Shown one piece after another: positions 28,637 to 37,153 of a stretch of DNA of 64,000 nt. Both the position numbers and the translations under genes were made by a program. This DNA is from Abditibacteriota bacterium (GTDB lineage: Bacteria > Armatimonadota > UBA5829), in assembly GCA_942493375.1 (NCBI GenBank), contig OW818698.1:6255465-6319464 (forward strand), given 5' to 3'. The notes beneath the pieces are model-generated. The model worked only from the letters and a program-made list of their open reading frames with translations. It made no database searches and was not told the DNA's origin. Positions within the stretch are counted from its first letter, which is position 1; each line of letters opens with the position of its first letter.

Positions 28637-28718
28637 CTAGCGCACATTACTCGTGATTGATTCACTTTCGCCCCTAATGCCGGTCGAAAGCAGAGTCTGG
28701 TGAATAATGCGCGTTAGC
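28637..28718. repeat. MITE/REP-like nested palindromic element, family 1
   Basis: CTAGCGCACATTACTCGTGATTGATTCACTTTCGCCCCTAATGCCGGTCGAAAGCAGAGTCTGGTGAATAATGCGCGTTAGC. Outer arms are CGCACATTA.TCGTG/CTGGTGAATAATGCGCG and inner arms are CTTTCG.CC/GGTCGAAAG. Confidence 0.7.
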
Positions 28719-28815
28719 TCTATTACGCATATGGCAGGTATTGAGTTCCATCGTGCACAAGTGCAAAAGGCCTCCCATCCGTGGAAGGCCTTTTGAATAT
28801 TAACTAGCAATTGAT

Positions 28816-29838
28816 CTAGCCGAAACCTGTTTCAATGAACTGATCGCGGATGGCGTCCAGTTGGTCTAGGGCTTTTCCGCATCCGACAGCTACGCAGGAG
28901 AGCGGGTCTTCTGCAACTATTACGTGGATGCCGGTCTCTTTGGAGATTCTCTGGTCAAGTCCTCTGAGCAGAGCAACTCCACCGGTGAGTACAATTCCTC
29001 TTTCGATAATATCTGCGCTCAGTTCAGGAGGAGTCAGTTCCAGGACATTCTTGATGCGTCCCATAATCGCTGTCACTGGCTCATCCAGTGCTTCTCTGAT
29101 TTCCAGAGAACTGATTGTAACTACCTTTGGAAGACCTGCAACAAGGTCACGGCCTTTTACATCCAGCAATAGCTCTTCCTGAAGAGGGGATGCGCTTCCG
29201 ATTTTCAGCTTAATCTCTTCAGCTGTTCGGTCACCGATCATCAGGTTATATTTGTTCTTGATGTGCCGCTGAATGACCTCGTCCATCTTGATCCCACCAA
29301 CTCTGATGGATTTCGAGATGACGGTTCCGTCCAATGACAATACAGCGATGTCAGTAGTTCCACCGCCAAGGTCAACAATCATGTTTCCCCCGGGTTTGGA
29401 TATAGGCAGCCCCGCTCCGATGGCAGCGGCTCTGGGTTCTTCTATTGGATAAGCCTGCTTTGCGCCAGCTTCTCTTGCAGCCTGAGTTACTGCTCCTTTT
29501 TCAACAGGAGTAACTTCGGATGGAACCGCAATGATGACAATTGGTTTGATACCGAGTAGACTACGTCCGCAAACTTTGGCGATGATGAATTCCAACATCT
29601 TGAGAGTAGTGCTGTAGTCTGCAATAACGCCTTCAGACATGGGGCAGACAGCTTGTATATTGCCGGGAGTCTTACCGAGCATTTCTTGAGCTTCAGTGCC
29701 GACTGCCAGCAACCCTCCTGTGGATACATTCTTAGCGACAACGCATGGTTCTCGCAAGACTATCCCTTTACCTTTGAGGTATACCAGTATATTAGTTGTG
29801 CCGAGGTCTATTCCCAACTCGGGGACTAGGTTAAACAA
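28816..29838 (-). CDS. mreB: Rod-shape-determining actin homologue MreB
   Basis: 340 aa; LGIDLGTTNILVYLKGKGIVLREPCVVA...MIVDLGGGTTDIAVLSLDG are the actin-fold phosphate 1/2 motifs. Confidence 0.85.
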   Translation of the reverse strand: MFNLVPELGIDLGTTNILVYLKGKGIVLREPCVVAKNVSTGGLLAVGTEAQEMLGKTPGNIQAVCPMSEGVIADYSTTLKMLEFIIAKVCGRSLLGIKPIVIIAVPSEVTPVEKGAVTQAAREAGAKQAYPIEEPRAAAIGAGLPISKPGGNMIVDLGGGTTDIAVLSLDGTVISKSIRVGGIKMDEVIQRHIKNKYNLMIGDRTAEEIKLKIGSASPLQEELLLDVKGRDLVAGLPKVVTISSLEIREALDEPVTAIMGRIKNVLELTPPELSADIIERGIVLTGGVALLRGLDQRISKETGIHVIVAEDPLSCVAVGCGKALDQLDAIRDQFIETGFG

Positions 29839-31114
29839 AGACGGGTTCCCTTTCTGTTTCGGTGCTGACCAGTTCTATCTGTGCACCGAGTGCACGTAGC
29901 TTCGGTACCATGTTATCATAACCACGCCGAATGTGCTCAACACCAGTTATCTCACTCTTACCTTCAGCGGCTAATGCAGCACACACTAACGCTGCGCCTG
30001 CGCGCAAGTCGGAGGCCGTGGTCTGAGCTCCAGTTAGAGTGGGGATTCCAGCTATGATGGCATTTCTACCTTCTTGCTTGATGTTAGCGCCCATTCTCTG
30101 CAGTTCGGAGACGTATCTAAAACGTCGTTCATATACGTTTTCAGTAACGATTGATGTGCCGTCGGCTACGGTTAAAAGAGCTGCGAACGGTTGCTGCAGG
30201 TCAGTAGGAAAACCTGGGTAGGGCATTGTCATTATGTCTGTAGCGAGAGGACGTTCGTGGCATCTTACTCTCATATCATCAGCGGAGACATCAACAATAG
30301 CGCCGGCTTCTCTAAGCTTTAGGCAGAAAGATTCGACATGCTCGGGGACAATGTTTTCGATTCTTACATCGCCTCTGGTTATTGCAGCAGCGACGGCAAA
30401 TGTCCCGGCTTCCATTCGGTCAAATGGTACGGAATAATCGGTCCCACGGAGTTCTTCCACACCGCTGATGCGTATAGTGGTTGTTCCAGCTCCGGATATC
30501 CGGGCTCCCATTGTTCTGAGGAAATTAGCAAGTTCAAAAACTTCTGGTTCAGCAGCTGCATTGTGTATAGTGGTAAGTCCATCTGTAAGACATGCTATGG
30601 TCATCAAATGCTGAGTAGCGCCTGCACTGGGGAAATTGAGGTATATCTGAGTTCCTTTGAGATGGTCACACTGGGCTTCGACAAATCCGTGGTCAATGAC
30701 TACATGGGCTCCAAGGGTCTGGATTCCCTTTACATGGAAGTCAATCGGTCTAGCACCAATGTCGCATCCACCAGGCATTGCAACTTTTGCATAACCTCGT
30801 CTGGCCAGGACTGGACCCAAAACGCAAAAAGAAGCTCGCATCGTTCTTACAAGTTCATAAGAGGTTTCTGTGTGGGGGATTTCAGTGGCATCTACGCGAA
30901 GGATACCTCCGCTCTCTAGCTCACATTTTACACCAAGGCCACGCATGACCTCTATCATAGTCCTGACATCAGCGATTGCCGGAACATTACGCAGAATGGT
31001 TTCACCTTTTGCCAATAAAGCCCCAGCCATTACAGCCAGTGCCCCATTCTTGCTGCCACTAGGCTGTACGCATCCTTCTAATCTCGCGCCGCCAGTCAGT
31101 ATGAGCTTGTCCAA
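29831..31114 (-). CDS. murA: UDP-N-acetylglucosamine 1-carboxyvinyltransferase MurA (TTG start)
   Basis: LDKLILTGGARLEGCVQPSGSKNGALAV aligns with the MurA N-terminus. TTG at 31114 is preceded by GGGAGGG. The catalytic Cys is in ...RASFCVLGP.... Confidence 0.8.
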   Translation of the reverse strand: MDKLILTGGARLEGCVQPSGSKNGALAVMAGALLAKGETILRNVPAIADVRTMIEVMRGLGVKCELESGGILRVDATEIPHTETSYELVRTMRASFCVLGPVLARRGYAKVAMPGGCDIGARPIDFHVKGIQTLGAHVVIDHGFVEAQCDHLKGTQIYLNFPSAGATQHLMTIACLTDGLTTIHNAAAEPEVFELANFLRTMGARISGAGTTTIRISGVEELRGTDYSVPFDRMEAGTFAVAAAITRGDVRIENIVPEHVESFCLKLREAGAIVDVSADDMRVRCHERPLATDIMTMPYPGFPTDLQQPFAALLTVADGTSIVTENVYERRFRYVSELQRMGANIKQEGRNAIIAGIPTLTGAQTTASDLRAGAALVCAALAAEGKSEITGVEHIRRGYDNMVPKLRALGAQIELVSTETEREPVFV

Positions 31115-31214
31115 AAACCAATCCCTCCCGATACAATCTAGCCAGGCCGAATCTGAACGCTTTTTCACGTACAGATTTTTCAGTAAGGAGTCTCCCTTAC
31201 AAGTAACCGACGCG

Positions 31215-31296
31215 CTATCGCGCATTATTCGTGATCGGCCCACTTTCGACCCTACTGCCGGTCGAAAGTAGAGTTTTGTGAATAATACGCGTTAGT
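31215..31296. repeat. MITE/REP-like nested palindromic element, family 1
   Basis: CGCGCATTATTCGTGATCGGCCCACTTTCGACCCTACTGCCGGTCGAAAGTAGAGTTTTGTGAATAATACGCG. Confidence 0.7.
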
Positions 31297-31598
31297 ACAC
31301 GCTCAAAAGTATAGCCCCAAAGAGGCAAGCCTGTCAACACAACGAGGAACATTTGCCCTAATTTAGTTGTGTCTACAGAAGTATCAACGCAACGCAAATT
31401 GAAAAGTTACACTGCATTTGTACAATATCAATAGGAATGTGTGTCAATGTTGTCGGTGACCACTAGTATTCTACCAGAAAATGTTGTATTTATACGAAAA
31501 TGGGAGTGGGGGATGGTGAAATGACGGAGACAGTATAGTCCGTCCACCCTTCGATTGCGCTCAGGGTGGACGGGGTGTGTGGCTGGATTATTCGTAAT

Positions 31599-32402
31599 TT
31601 AGACTTTCAATACGCAGACAGATGCTGGAACTCTGACTCTTGGAGCTATGCTTTCAGATATCATGAATTCATATCCTGATCCAGCAGGTCCAACATATCC
31701 GGTAGCCATATCCTGGCCGACTACAATGGAAGCAAATTGTTTGCCTGATGCCAGCAATACTCCACCGCTCTTAAGTGATGGTGCCTTGATTATCTTAGAG
31801 CCGACCACACCGGAAATATGTTCCATTTCCGAAGGTCCACCCTGCGGATAGAGTCTGAACAACAGGTTGTATAGTCCAGGCGCTAATGCCAGAGTGTAAG
31901 GGCCATGGAAGCCTTTGTCATCCAGTTTGGTAACAGCTGAAATAATATCAGTGCCTGCTGCTCCAATGGCATCCCAGTTTGATAGTTTTACAGACTGAGT
32001 TCCTGAAGCAGTTAGTAGACCATCAACTCCGAGGGCTTTATTACCCTCGAATATAATGCTGTCTTCCATAGCTGCAACAGCCTGTGCTGCTCCGGCAACA
32101 GCGGACATGTCCATTGCGAATCCATTCTCTACAAAACCAGCGATATCACGAGCGGATAGTGTGAAGCCGGTGTCTATTAACGGAACCGGGACTGACTTAG
32201 ATGCAGAAAGGGTTACTGACCCATCATTTATTACCCGGTCTTCGAGCGGGATCTGTTTGAGACCCAGTCCATAAGGTCCTTCAATATCCAACACTCTTCG
32301 TCCGGTGAGTACACTCTTTGCTGCTTCTATGACAACATGGTCAAGCAGATTCCAGACGACTTCCCCAAATGGGGCATCATTTCTTCCCAAAAAATTATCC
32401 AT
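31599..32402 (-). CDS. Encapsulin nanocompartment shell protein (family 1, HK97 fold)
   Basis: 267 aa and collinear with known encapsulins: VLDIEGPYGLGLKQ (DVEGPYGW in T. maritima), GPYTLALAPGLYNLL (GPYTLVINTDRW), IVVGQDMATGYVG (LILGQDLSIGY), C-terminal ...VPASVCVLKV. Confidence 0.8.
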   Translation of the reverse strand: MDNFLGRNDAPFGEVVWNLLDHVVIEAAKSVLTGRRVLDIEGPYGLGLKQIPLEDRVINDGSVTLSASKSVPVPLIDTGFTLSARDIAGFVENGFAMDMSAVAGAAQAVAAMEDSIIFEGNKALGVDGLLTASGTQSVKLSNWDAIGAAGTDIISAVTKLDDKGFHGPYTLALAPGLYNLLFRLYPQGGPSEMEHISGVVGSKIIKAPSLKSGGVLLASGKQFASIVVGQDMATGYVGPAGSGYEFMISESIAPRVRVPASVCVLKV

Positions 32403-32490
32403 ATTTATATCTCCTAGTCTAGATGTTGGAGGTTAGAGGTTGGATGTTAGTATTTGTTATCCAAACTCTCCGAAATCATATTGCATTGTT

Positions 32491-32889
32491 TTACTTGAGT
32501 GATCCGATAGTTGGGATGTGCACAGGTGCTTCATCCGCAGATTCGGCTTCTGCCTTGTCCTCAGGAGTAGGAAGGGACATGTCTCCTTGCTCTACCTCTT
32601 CAGCCATCTCACGGACTTCATCGAAACCATTTTGAAGCCACCCTTCCTCATCAGGTAGAAGGATCTTCAGTAGTTGAATAAATTCACCAACGTGGACCCT
32701 CTCCTCATTGGCAATATCCAGAAAGACTTTTTTTGCCAACGGATTGTCAGTGGCTTCGGCATGTGCTTCATAAAGTGATGCTGCATCCAGTTCGGCAGCG
32801 GTATTCATTCTGATAGCTCTTACTAATTCCGGTAGTGTCATTTTTCTACCTGGAACAATCTGCGAAAAGGGATCTGTGAAATTGGGCAT
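32491..32889 (-). CDS. Encapsulated ferritin-like cargo protein (EncFtn/Flp) with C-terminal encapsulin targeting peptide
   Basis: 132 aa from the ATG at 32889 (GGAGGCTCAGATATG RBS). Ferritin-like residues are ...AELDAASLYEAHAE...ANEERVHVGEF (E/Y, then EExxH). An acidic linker precedes a C-terminal ...VHIPTIGSLK tail, which matches the GSLxIGSLK-type targeting peptide. It lies 88 bp upstream of the shell gene. Confidence 0.75.
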   Translation of the reverse strand: MPNFTDPFSQIVPGRKMTLPELVRAIRMNTAAELDAASLYEAHAEATDNPLAKKVFLDIANEERVHVGEFIQLLKILLPDEEGWLQNGFDEVREMAEEVEQGDMSLPTPEDKAEAESADEAPVHIPTIGSLK

Positions 32890-33089
32890 ATCTGAGCCTC
32901 CGAACCTAGGAATTATATAGAGTCTGCCTGCTAGTGTAGTGGACTCCAGTTTGAAAATACCCGAATTTGAACAATGCCAAACAGAAAGGTTGAAAGATAT
33001 AGAAATATTTGTTGAGTAAGGGATGTATACTAGGGCAATCAATCAAATAGCAAAGGGTGAGTGTTTGATCGTGTGAAGATTTTGTCAGG

Positions 33090-33165
33090 TGGAGCCGACG
33101 AGGGGACTCGAACCCTTGGCCTGAGCTTTACGAAAGCCCTGCTCTACCAACTGAGCTACGTCGGC
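33090..33165 (-). tRNA. tRNA-Thr (anticodon CGU)
   Basis: Cloverleaf read as GCCGACGTAGCTCAGTTGGTAGAGCAGGGCTTTCGTAAAGCTCAGGCCAAGGGTTCGAGTCCCCTCGTCGGCTCCA. Anticodon loop TTCGTAA. Confidence 0.8.
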
Positions 33166-33172
33166 ATTCCGA

Positions 33173-33248
33173 TGGTGCCGAGAGTCAGAGTTGAACTGAC
33201 GACACGTGGATTTTCAGTCCACTGCTCTACCAACTGAGCTACCTCGGC
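33173..33248 (-). tRNA. tRNA-Phe (anticodon GAA)
   Basis: GCCGAGGTAGCTCAGTTGGTAGAGCAGTGGACTGAAAATCCACGTGTCGTCAGTTCAACTCTGACTCTCGGCACCA. Confidence 0.8.
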
Positions 33249-33303
33249 ACGCGGTCTTCAAGCCAAACCGACCCACTTTGGTGGTGGGTCGGTTCAGGAA
33301 AAT

Positions 33304-33380
33304 TGGCGGGGATGACGAGACTCGGACTCGCGGCCTCCTACGTGACAGGCAGGCGCTCTAACCAACTGAGCTACACCCCC
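33304..33380 (-). tRNA. tRNA-Asp (anticodon GUC)
   Basis: GGGGGTGTAGCTCAGTTGGTTAGAGCGCCTGCCTGTCACGTAGGAGGCCGCGAGTCCGAGTCTCGTCATCCCCGCCA. Confidence 0.75.
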
Positions 33381-33391
33381 GGGTGTGGACT

Positions 33392-33467
33392 TGGTGGGCG
33401 AAACAGGGCTCGAACCTGTGACATCTTCCTTGTAAGGGAAGCGCTCTCCCAGCTGAGCTACTCGCCC
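33392..33467 (-). tRNA. tRNA-Val (anticodon UAC)
   Basis: GGGCGAGTAGCTCAGCTGGGAGAGCGCTTCCCTTACAAGGAAGATGTCACAGGTTCGAGCCCTGTTTCGCCCACCA. Confidence 0.8.
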
Positions 33468-33769
33468 GACTCGCTGACCACCAAACAGTAGATATTTTAT
33501 CACAGGCGTTCATTGTTGTCAATGATCGTCTGTTTGCTGTCTGACTCTGTCACTAGCTCCAAACAGCCAAGCAGAATTATAGCATTAGTCAGGCTCAGGT
33601 GTCAATGGGGAATTTGGGAGATGGGGAGAGTTGGGACTGGGAGACGGGGCGACTAGGAGAGAGGGGGACTGGGGAGAGGAAAGCAGGAGAGTACTGAGGA
33701 GAGGCAGAAGAGGTATTTGTGGAGAATGAAGTTTACGGTTATTAATATCAATAGTACGGAGTTTAGCAG

Positions 33770-34873
33770 ATGACATCACGAGACGTTATTGATGATTTAC
33801 TGAGACGCAATAAATCCAGTCGTATGGGAGTGCATGAGCTATTCTGGCCGGAGACATTTCCTACATGGCTTGAACAGGGATATCCTACATATACAAATGA
33901 ACATGGTGAAACTGTGCCTGTGGATCATATAGAGCACTTTGGTCTGGATATGCGGGATGCGGCTGCTTGGCTTGATCCTATGCCCATTCAGGGATTTATG
34001 GAAGTTGTCGAGGAAAGCGATGAGTGGGTTTCACGACGCAATGGTGCCGGAGCTGTCCTGAAATATTGGAAACACAAGAGTGGAACACCTGAACATATAG
34101 ACTTTCGTATGACAAGCAGGGAAGTGTGGGACAGAGACTACCGAGGCCTTGTGGACATAATTGACCGAAATCGTGTGGATATTGAAGGCACAAAGAAAGG
34201 CCTGGCTCTATGCAGGGAAAAAGGCAATTTTGCTTGTTTTGGTCATACTCTTATTTGGGAGACAATGCGTGCCAGTATGGGTGATATTTGCATGTTCGAG
34301 AGTATGGCACTGGATCCTGACTGGATACACGATTACTGCAGAGTATATACGGATTATTACAAGAACCACTATAAAATACTCCTCGAAGAAGCCGGAAAAC
34401 CGGATGGAGTGTGGATATATGAAGACCTTGGTTATCGCAATGGCCTGTTTTGTTCACCAAAGACAATGGATGAGTTGATATTCCCATATTATAGAGATAT
34501 GGTGAGTTTCTATCACAGTTATGATATTCCAGTGGTGCTGCATTCTTGCGGTAATATTTCTGAAGGGGTAAGGATGATCGCTGAAGCTGGATTTGATGGT
34601 TTGCACCCAATGGAAGTCAAAGCCGGATGCGATCTGTTGAAATTTGCAGAGGAATACGGTGATCAGCTGACATTTATCGGAGGCCTGGATGTTAGAATTC
34701 TAGAAACCGGTGACCGGGATGTCATCAAGGCTGGTATTCTGCGTATTATCAATGGCATGAAATCGCGTGGAGCACGGTATGTTTTTGGCTCTGATCACTC
34801 GATACCGCCCTCAGTGAAATACGAAGATTATAAGTACGCACTGGAAGTGTATAGGGACAATTCGGAATATTAA
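33770..34873 (+). CDS. Uroporphyrinogen decarboxylase (URO-D) superfamily protein (HemE/MtaA-like methyltransferase fold)
   Basis: 367 aa. URO-D-like C-terminal region: HSCGNISEGVRMIAEAGFDGLHPME...FIGGLD. Confidence 0.5.
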   Translation: MTSRDVIDDLLRRNKSSRMGVHELFWPETFPTWLEQGYPTYTNEHGETVPVDHIEHFGLDMRDAAAWLDPMPIQGFMEVVEESDEWVSRRNGAGAVLKYWKHKSGTPEHIDFRMTSREVWDRDYRGLVDIIDRNRVDIEGTKKGLALCREKGNFACFGHTLIWETMRASMGDICMFESMALDPDWIHDYCRVYTDYYKNHYKILLEEAGKPDGVWIYEDLGYRNGLFCSPKTMDELIFPYYRDMVSFYHSYDIPVVLHSCGNISEGVRMIAEAGFDGLHPMEVKAGCDLLKFAEEYGDQLTFIGGLDVRILETGDRDVIKAGILRIINGMKSRGARYVFGSDHSIPPSVKYEDYKYALEVYRDNSEY

Positions 34874-35117
34874 TGCATTTCTACAATAATTCTATACAGT
34901 GAATGGATAATCTTTGAATGGAGAACTTACAGATTTCATTCTTGGCGCCTTTGCGGTTTGGCGTGAGATTAAATGGCATTCAGTCACCCCAAATGGGGGC
35001 AGATTGTCTGCGCGATTTGTCGAGACTTTCCTCTTTACTCTATAATGATAGCTGTCACTTTGAGACCCCCGTATTGCAGTGATGTGGTGCAAGCGAGTGT
35101 GAGAGGACATACGTAAT

Positions 35118-35987
35118 ATGTTATCAAGACCCCTTTTTGGGTTGGACAGATCTTCAAGGAAAGATGCACGCAAGAGTGTCGATGCACTTCCGGATGGTCT
35201 TTGGACAAAATGTCCTGGATGCAGTGAGATCCTGTTCAACAAGGAACTACAGAAGAACTTTAGAGTATGCGGCAAGTGTGGTTTTCATTACCGACTTGGC
35301 GCTGACGACCGTATACAAATAACAGTGGATGATGGTTCGTTTGAGGAAACATTTGCAGACCTCAGACCGGGCAACCCATTGTTGTTTCCGGACTATGACA
35401 GTAAGCTTCTGAAAGGAAAGAATTCTTCCGGACAGAATGAAGCTATAATCACCGGTACCGCGCGCATAATGGAATACAAAGTATCTATCGGCGTTGCAGA
35501 CTTCAGCTTTATGGGAGGAAGTATGGGCGGTGTTGTCGGTGAGAAGATTGTGCGCAGTATAGAGCTGGCAATCGAACAGAAATTGCCGGTTATTCTGTTT
35601 ACTACTTCAGGTGGTGCTCGTATGCAGGAAGGGATTCTTTCCCTTATGCAGATGGCAAAGACAACAGCTGCCTGTTATAAACTGGGCCAGGCTGGACTGC
35701 CGTATATTGTAGTGATGACTGACCCTACGACTGCTGGAGTCCACGCCAGTTTTGCTTCAGTTGGTGACTTTATTCTGGCTGAGCCGGGAGCTTTGATAGG
35801 TTTTGCCGGTGCCAGAGTTGCTCAACAGGCTGGAGTTATACACAGACCGGACAACTTCCAGAAATCTGAGTTCCAACTGGAGCACGGGATGATAGACCAG
35901 GTGCTCATCAGGCGCGACATTCGCCCAGCAATCAGCAGGATCCTCGGATTCTGTGGAATGGAGGTGGTTGAAGATGTCGACAGATAA
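35118..35987 (+). CDS. accD: Acetyl-CoA carboxylase carboxyltransferase beta subunit
   Basis: N-terminal zinc ribbon CPGCSEILFNKELQKNFRVCGKCGFHYR; carboxyltransferase motif GGSMGGVVGEKI. Confidence 0.85.
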   Translation: MLSRPLFGLDRSSRKDARKSVDALPDGLWTKCPGCSEILFNKELQKNFRVCGKCGFHYRLGADDRIQITVDDGSFEETFADLRPGNPLLFPDYDSKLLKGKNSSGQNEAIITGTARIMEYKVSIGVADFSFMGGSMGGVVGEKIVRSIELAIEQKLPVILFTTSGGARMQEGILSLMQMAKTTAACYKLGQAGLPYIVVMTDPTTAGVHASFASVGDFILAEPGALIGFAGARVAQQAGVIHRPDNFQKSEFQLEHGMIDQVLIRRDIRPAISRILGFCGMEVVEDVDR

Positions 35988-36954
35988 TTGGAGCGTCCTG
36001 GATTTCGAAAAGCCAATCACACAACTGGATGAAGAGATCAACAAAATCAAACGGTTGACAGCTGAGCGAGGTGAAGACCATTCGGATGATATAGCTGGCC
36101 TCGAAGCTGACAGGGACAGACTTCTCCAGGAAATATTCGACAATTTGACTCCATGGGATAAAACCCTGCTTGCCCGTCATCCCAAACGTCCGTATACTCT
36201 TGATTACATCCGTATGATGTTTGATGACTATACGGAACTCCACGGAGACCGGTTGTTCGCCGATGACAATGCGATGGTCGGTGGAATCGGGATTCTCGGT
36301 GGAAAGCAGGTTGTATTTGTTGGCCAGCAGAAGGGCAGAGATCTCAAAGAAAGGCAGTTCCGAAACTTTGGAAGCGCCAAACCTGAAGGTTATCGCAAAG
36401 CTTTAAGGCTGATGAAACTGGCTGAGAAGTTCAACCGCCCAATTGTGGTCCTTGTAGATACGCCTGCTGCGGACTGCAGTGTTGGATCTGAAGAGAGAGG
36501 TATAAGCGAAGCTATCGCTCGAAACATGATGGAGATGTCCGGACTGCGAGTGCCGGTTGTCGCTGTTGTTATTGGAGAAGGCGGCAGTGGCGGAGCGATT
36601 GGTATCGCAGTTGCAAACCGGGTGTTGATGATGGAGAACTCGGTATACTCGGTTATTCCTCCTGAAGGCTGCGCAGCAATCCTTTGGAGAGACCCTACCC
36701 GTGGACGCGATGCGGCTGAAGCATTGAAGATAACCTCAGATGAAGCTCTTAAAATGGGCGTGATTGAGGAGATTATTGCAGAACCACTCGGTGGGGCTCA
36801 TCGCAATCCGGATGTTGCGGCTACCTCACTAAAGAAGGCGATTCTAAGAAACATAGAAGAGCTGGAGAGTATGTCTGCTGACGACTTGGCGCAGCAGAGA
36901 TATGACAGGTTCCGAGCTATCGGTGCGTATCGAGTGGCTGAGATAGACGAATAA
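35977..36954 (+). CDS. accA: Acetyl-CoA carboxylase carboxyltransferase alpha subunit
   Basis: LDFEKPITQLDEEINKIK...ARHPKRPYTLDYI...GGIGILGGKQVVFVGQQKG. The start overlaps accD by 11 nt. Confidence 0.85.
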   Translation, partial: STDNWSVLDFEKPITQLDEEINKIKRLTAERGEDHSDDIAGLEADRDRLLQEIFDNLTPWDKTLLARHPKRPYTLDYIRMMFDDYTELHGDRLFADDNAMVGGIGILGGKQVVFVGQQKGRDLKERQFRNFGSAKPEGYRKALRLMKLAEKFNRPIVVLVDTPAADCSVGSEERGISEAIARNMMEMSGLRVPVVAVVIGEGGSGGAIGIAVANRVLMMENSVYSVIPPEGCAAILWRDPTRGRDAAEALKITSDEALKMGVIEEIIAEPLGGAHRNPDVAATSLKKAILRNIEELESMSADDLAQQRYDRFRAIGAYRVAEIDE

Positions 36955-36969
36955 TTCTTGCAGGCACCA

Positions 36970-37015
36970 TCCGTTTGCCCTAAGCTAGTCAAAGGGCGAA
37001 TGGATGGTGCTTATT
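36970..37015 (+). terminator. Stem-loop terminator downstream of accA
   Basis: GCACCATCCGTTTGCCC...GGGCGAATGGATGGTGC followed by TTATTGG. Confidence 0.45.
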
Positions 37016-37153
37016 GGCGTGTGCCGTTTTGGATCTAGTGAAAGGTGTCAAAAGCAGATCCTTCATTGCATTCAGGATGACACTCTGTGCATTCAGGATG
37101 ATAGTGATTATGATTCGGATTGCATTAGGTTGCGTGCGAAAGGATATTTTTGA

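Noticed and set aside
31115-31243. An ATG-initiated N-terminal extension of murA that would give a 470-aa product
   Set aside because: MurA homology begins at LDKLILTGG. A TTG with a strong GGGAGGG SD sits exactly there, and the extension runs into the MITE copy.
36970-37153. Possible mobile-element remnant upstream of pfkA
   Set aside because: It contains only short family-2-like motifs (gcattcaggatga x2) and no terminal inverted repeats, so I treat it as a possible operator instead.
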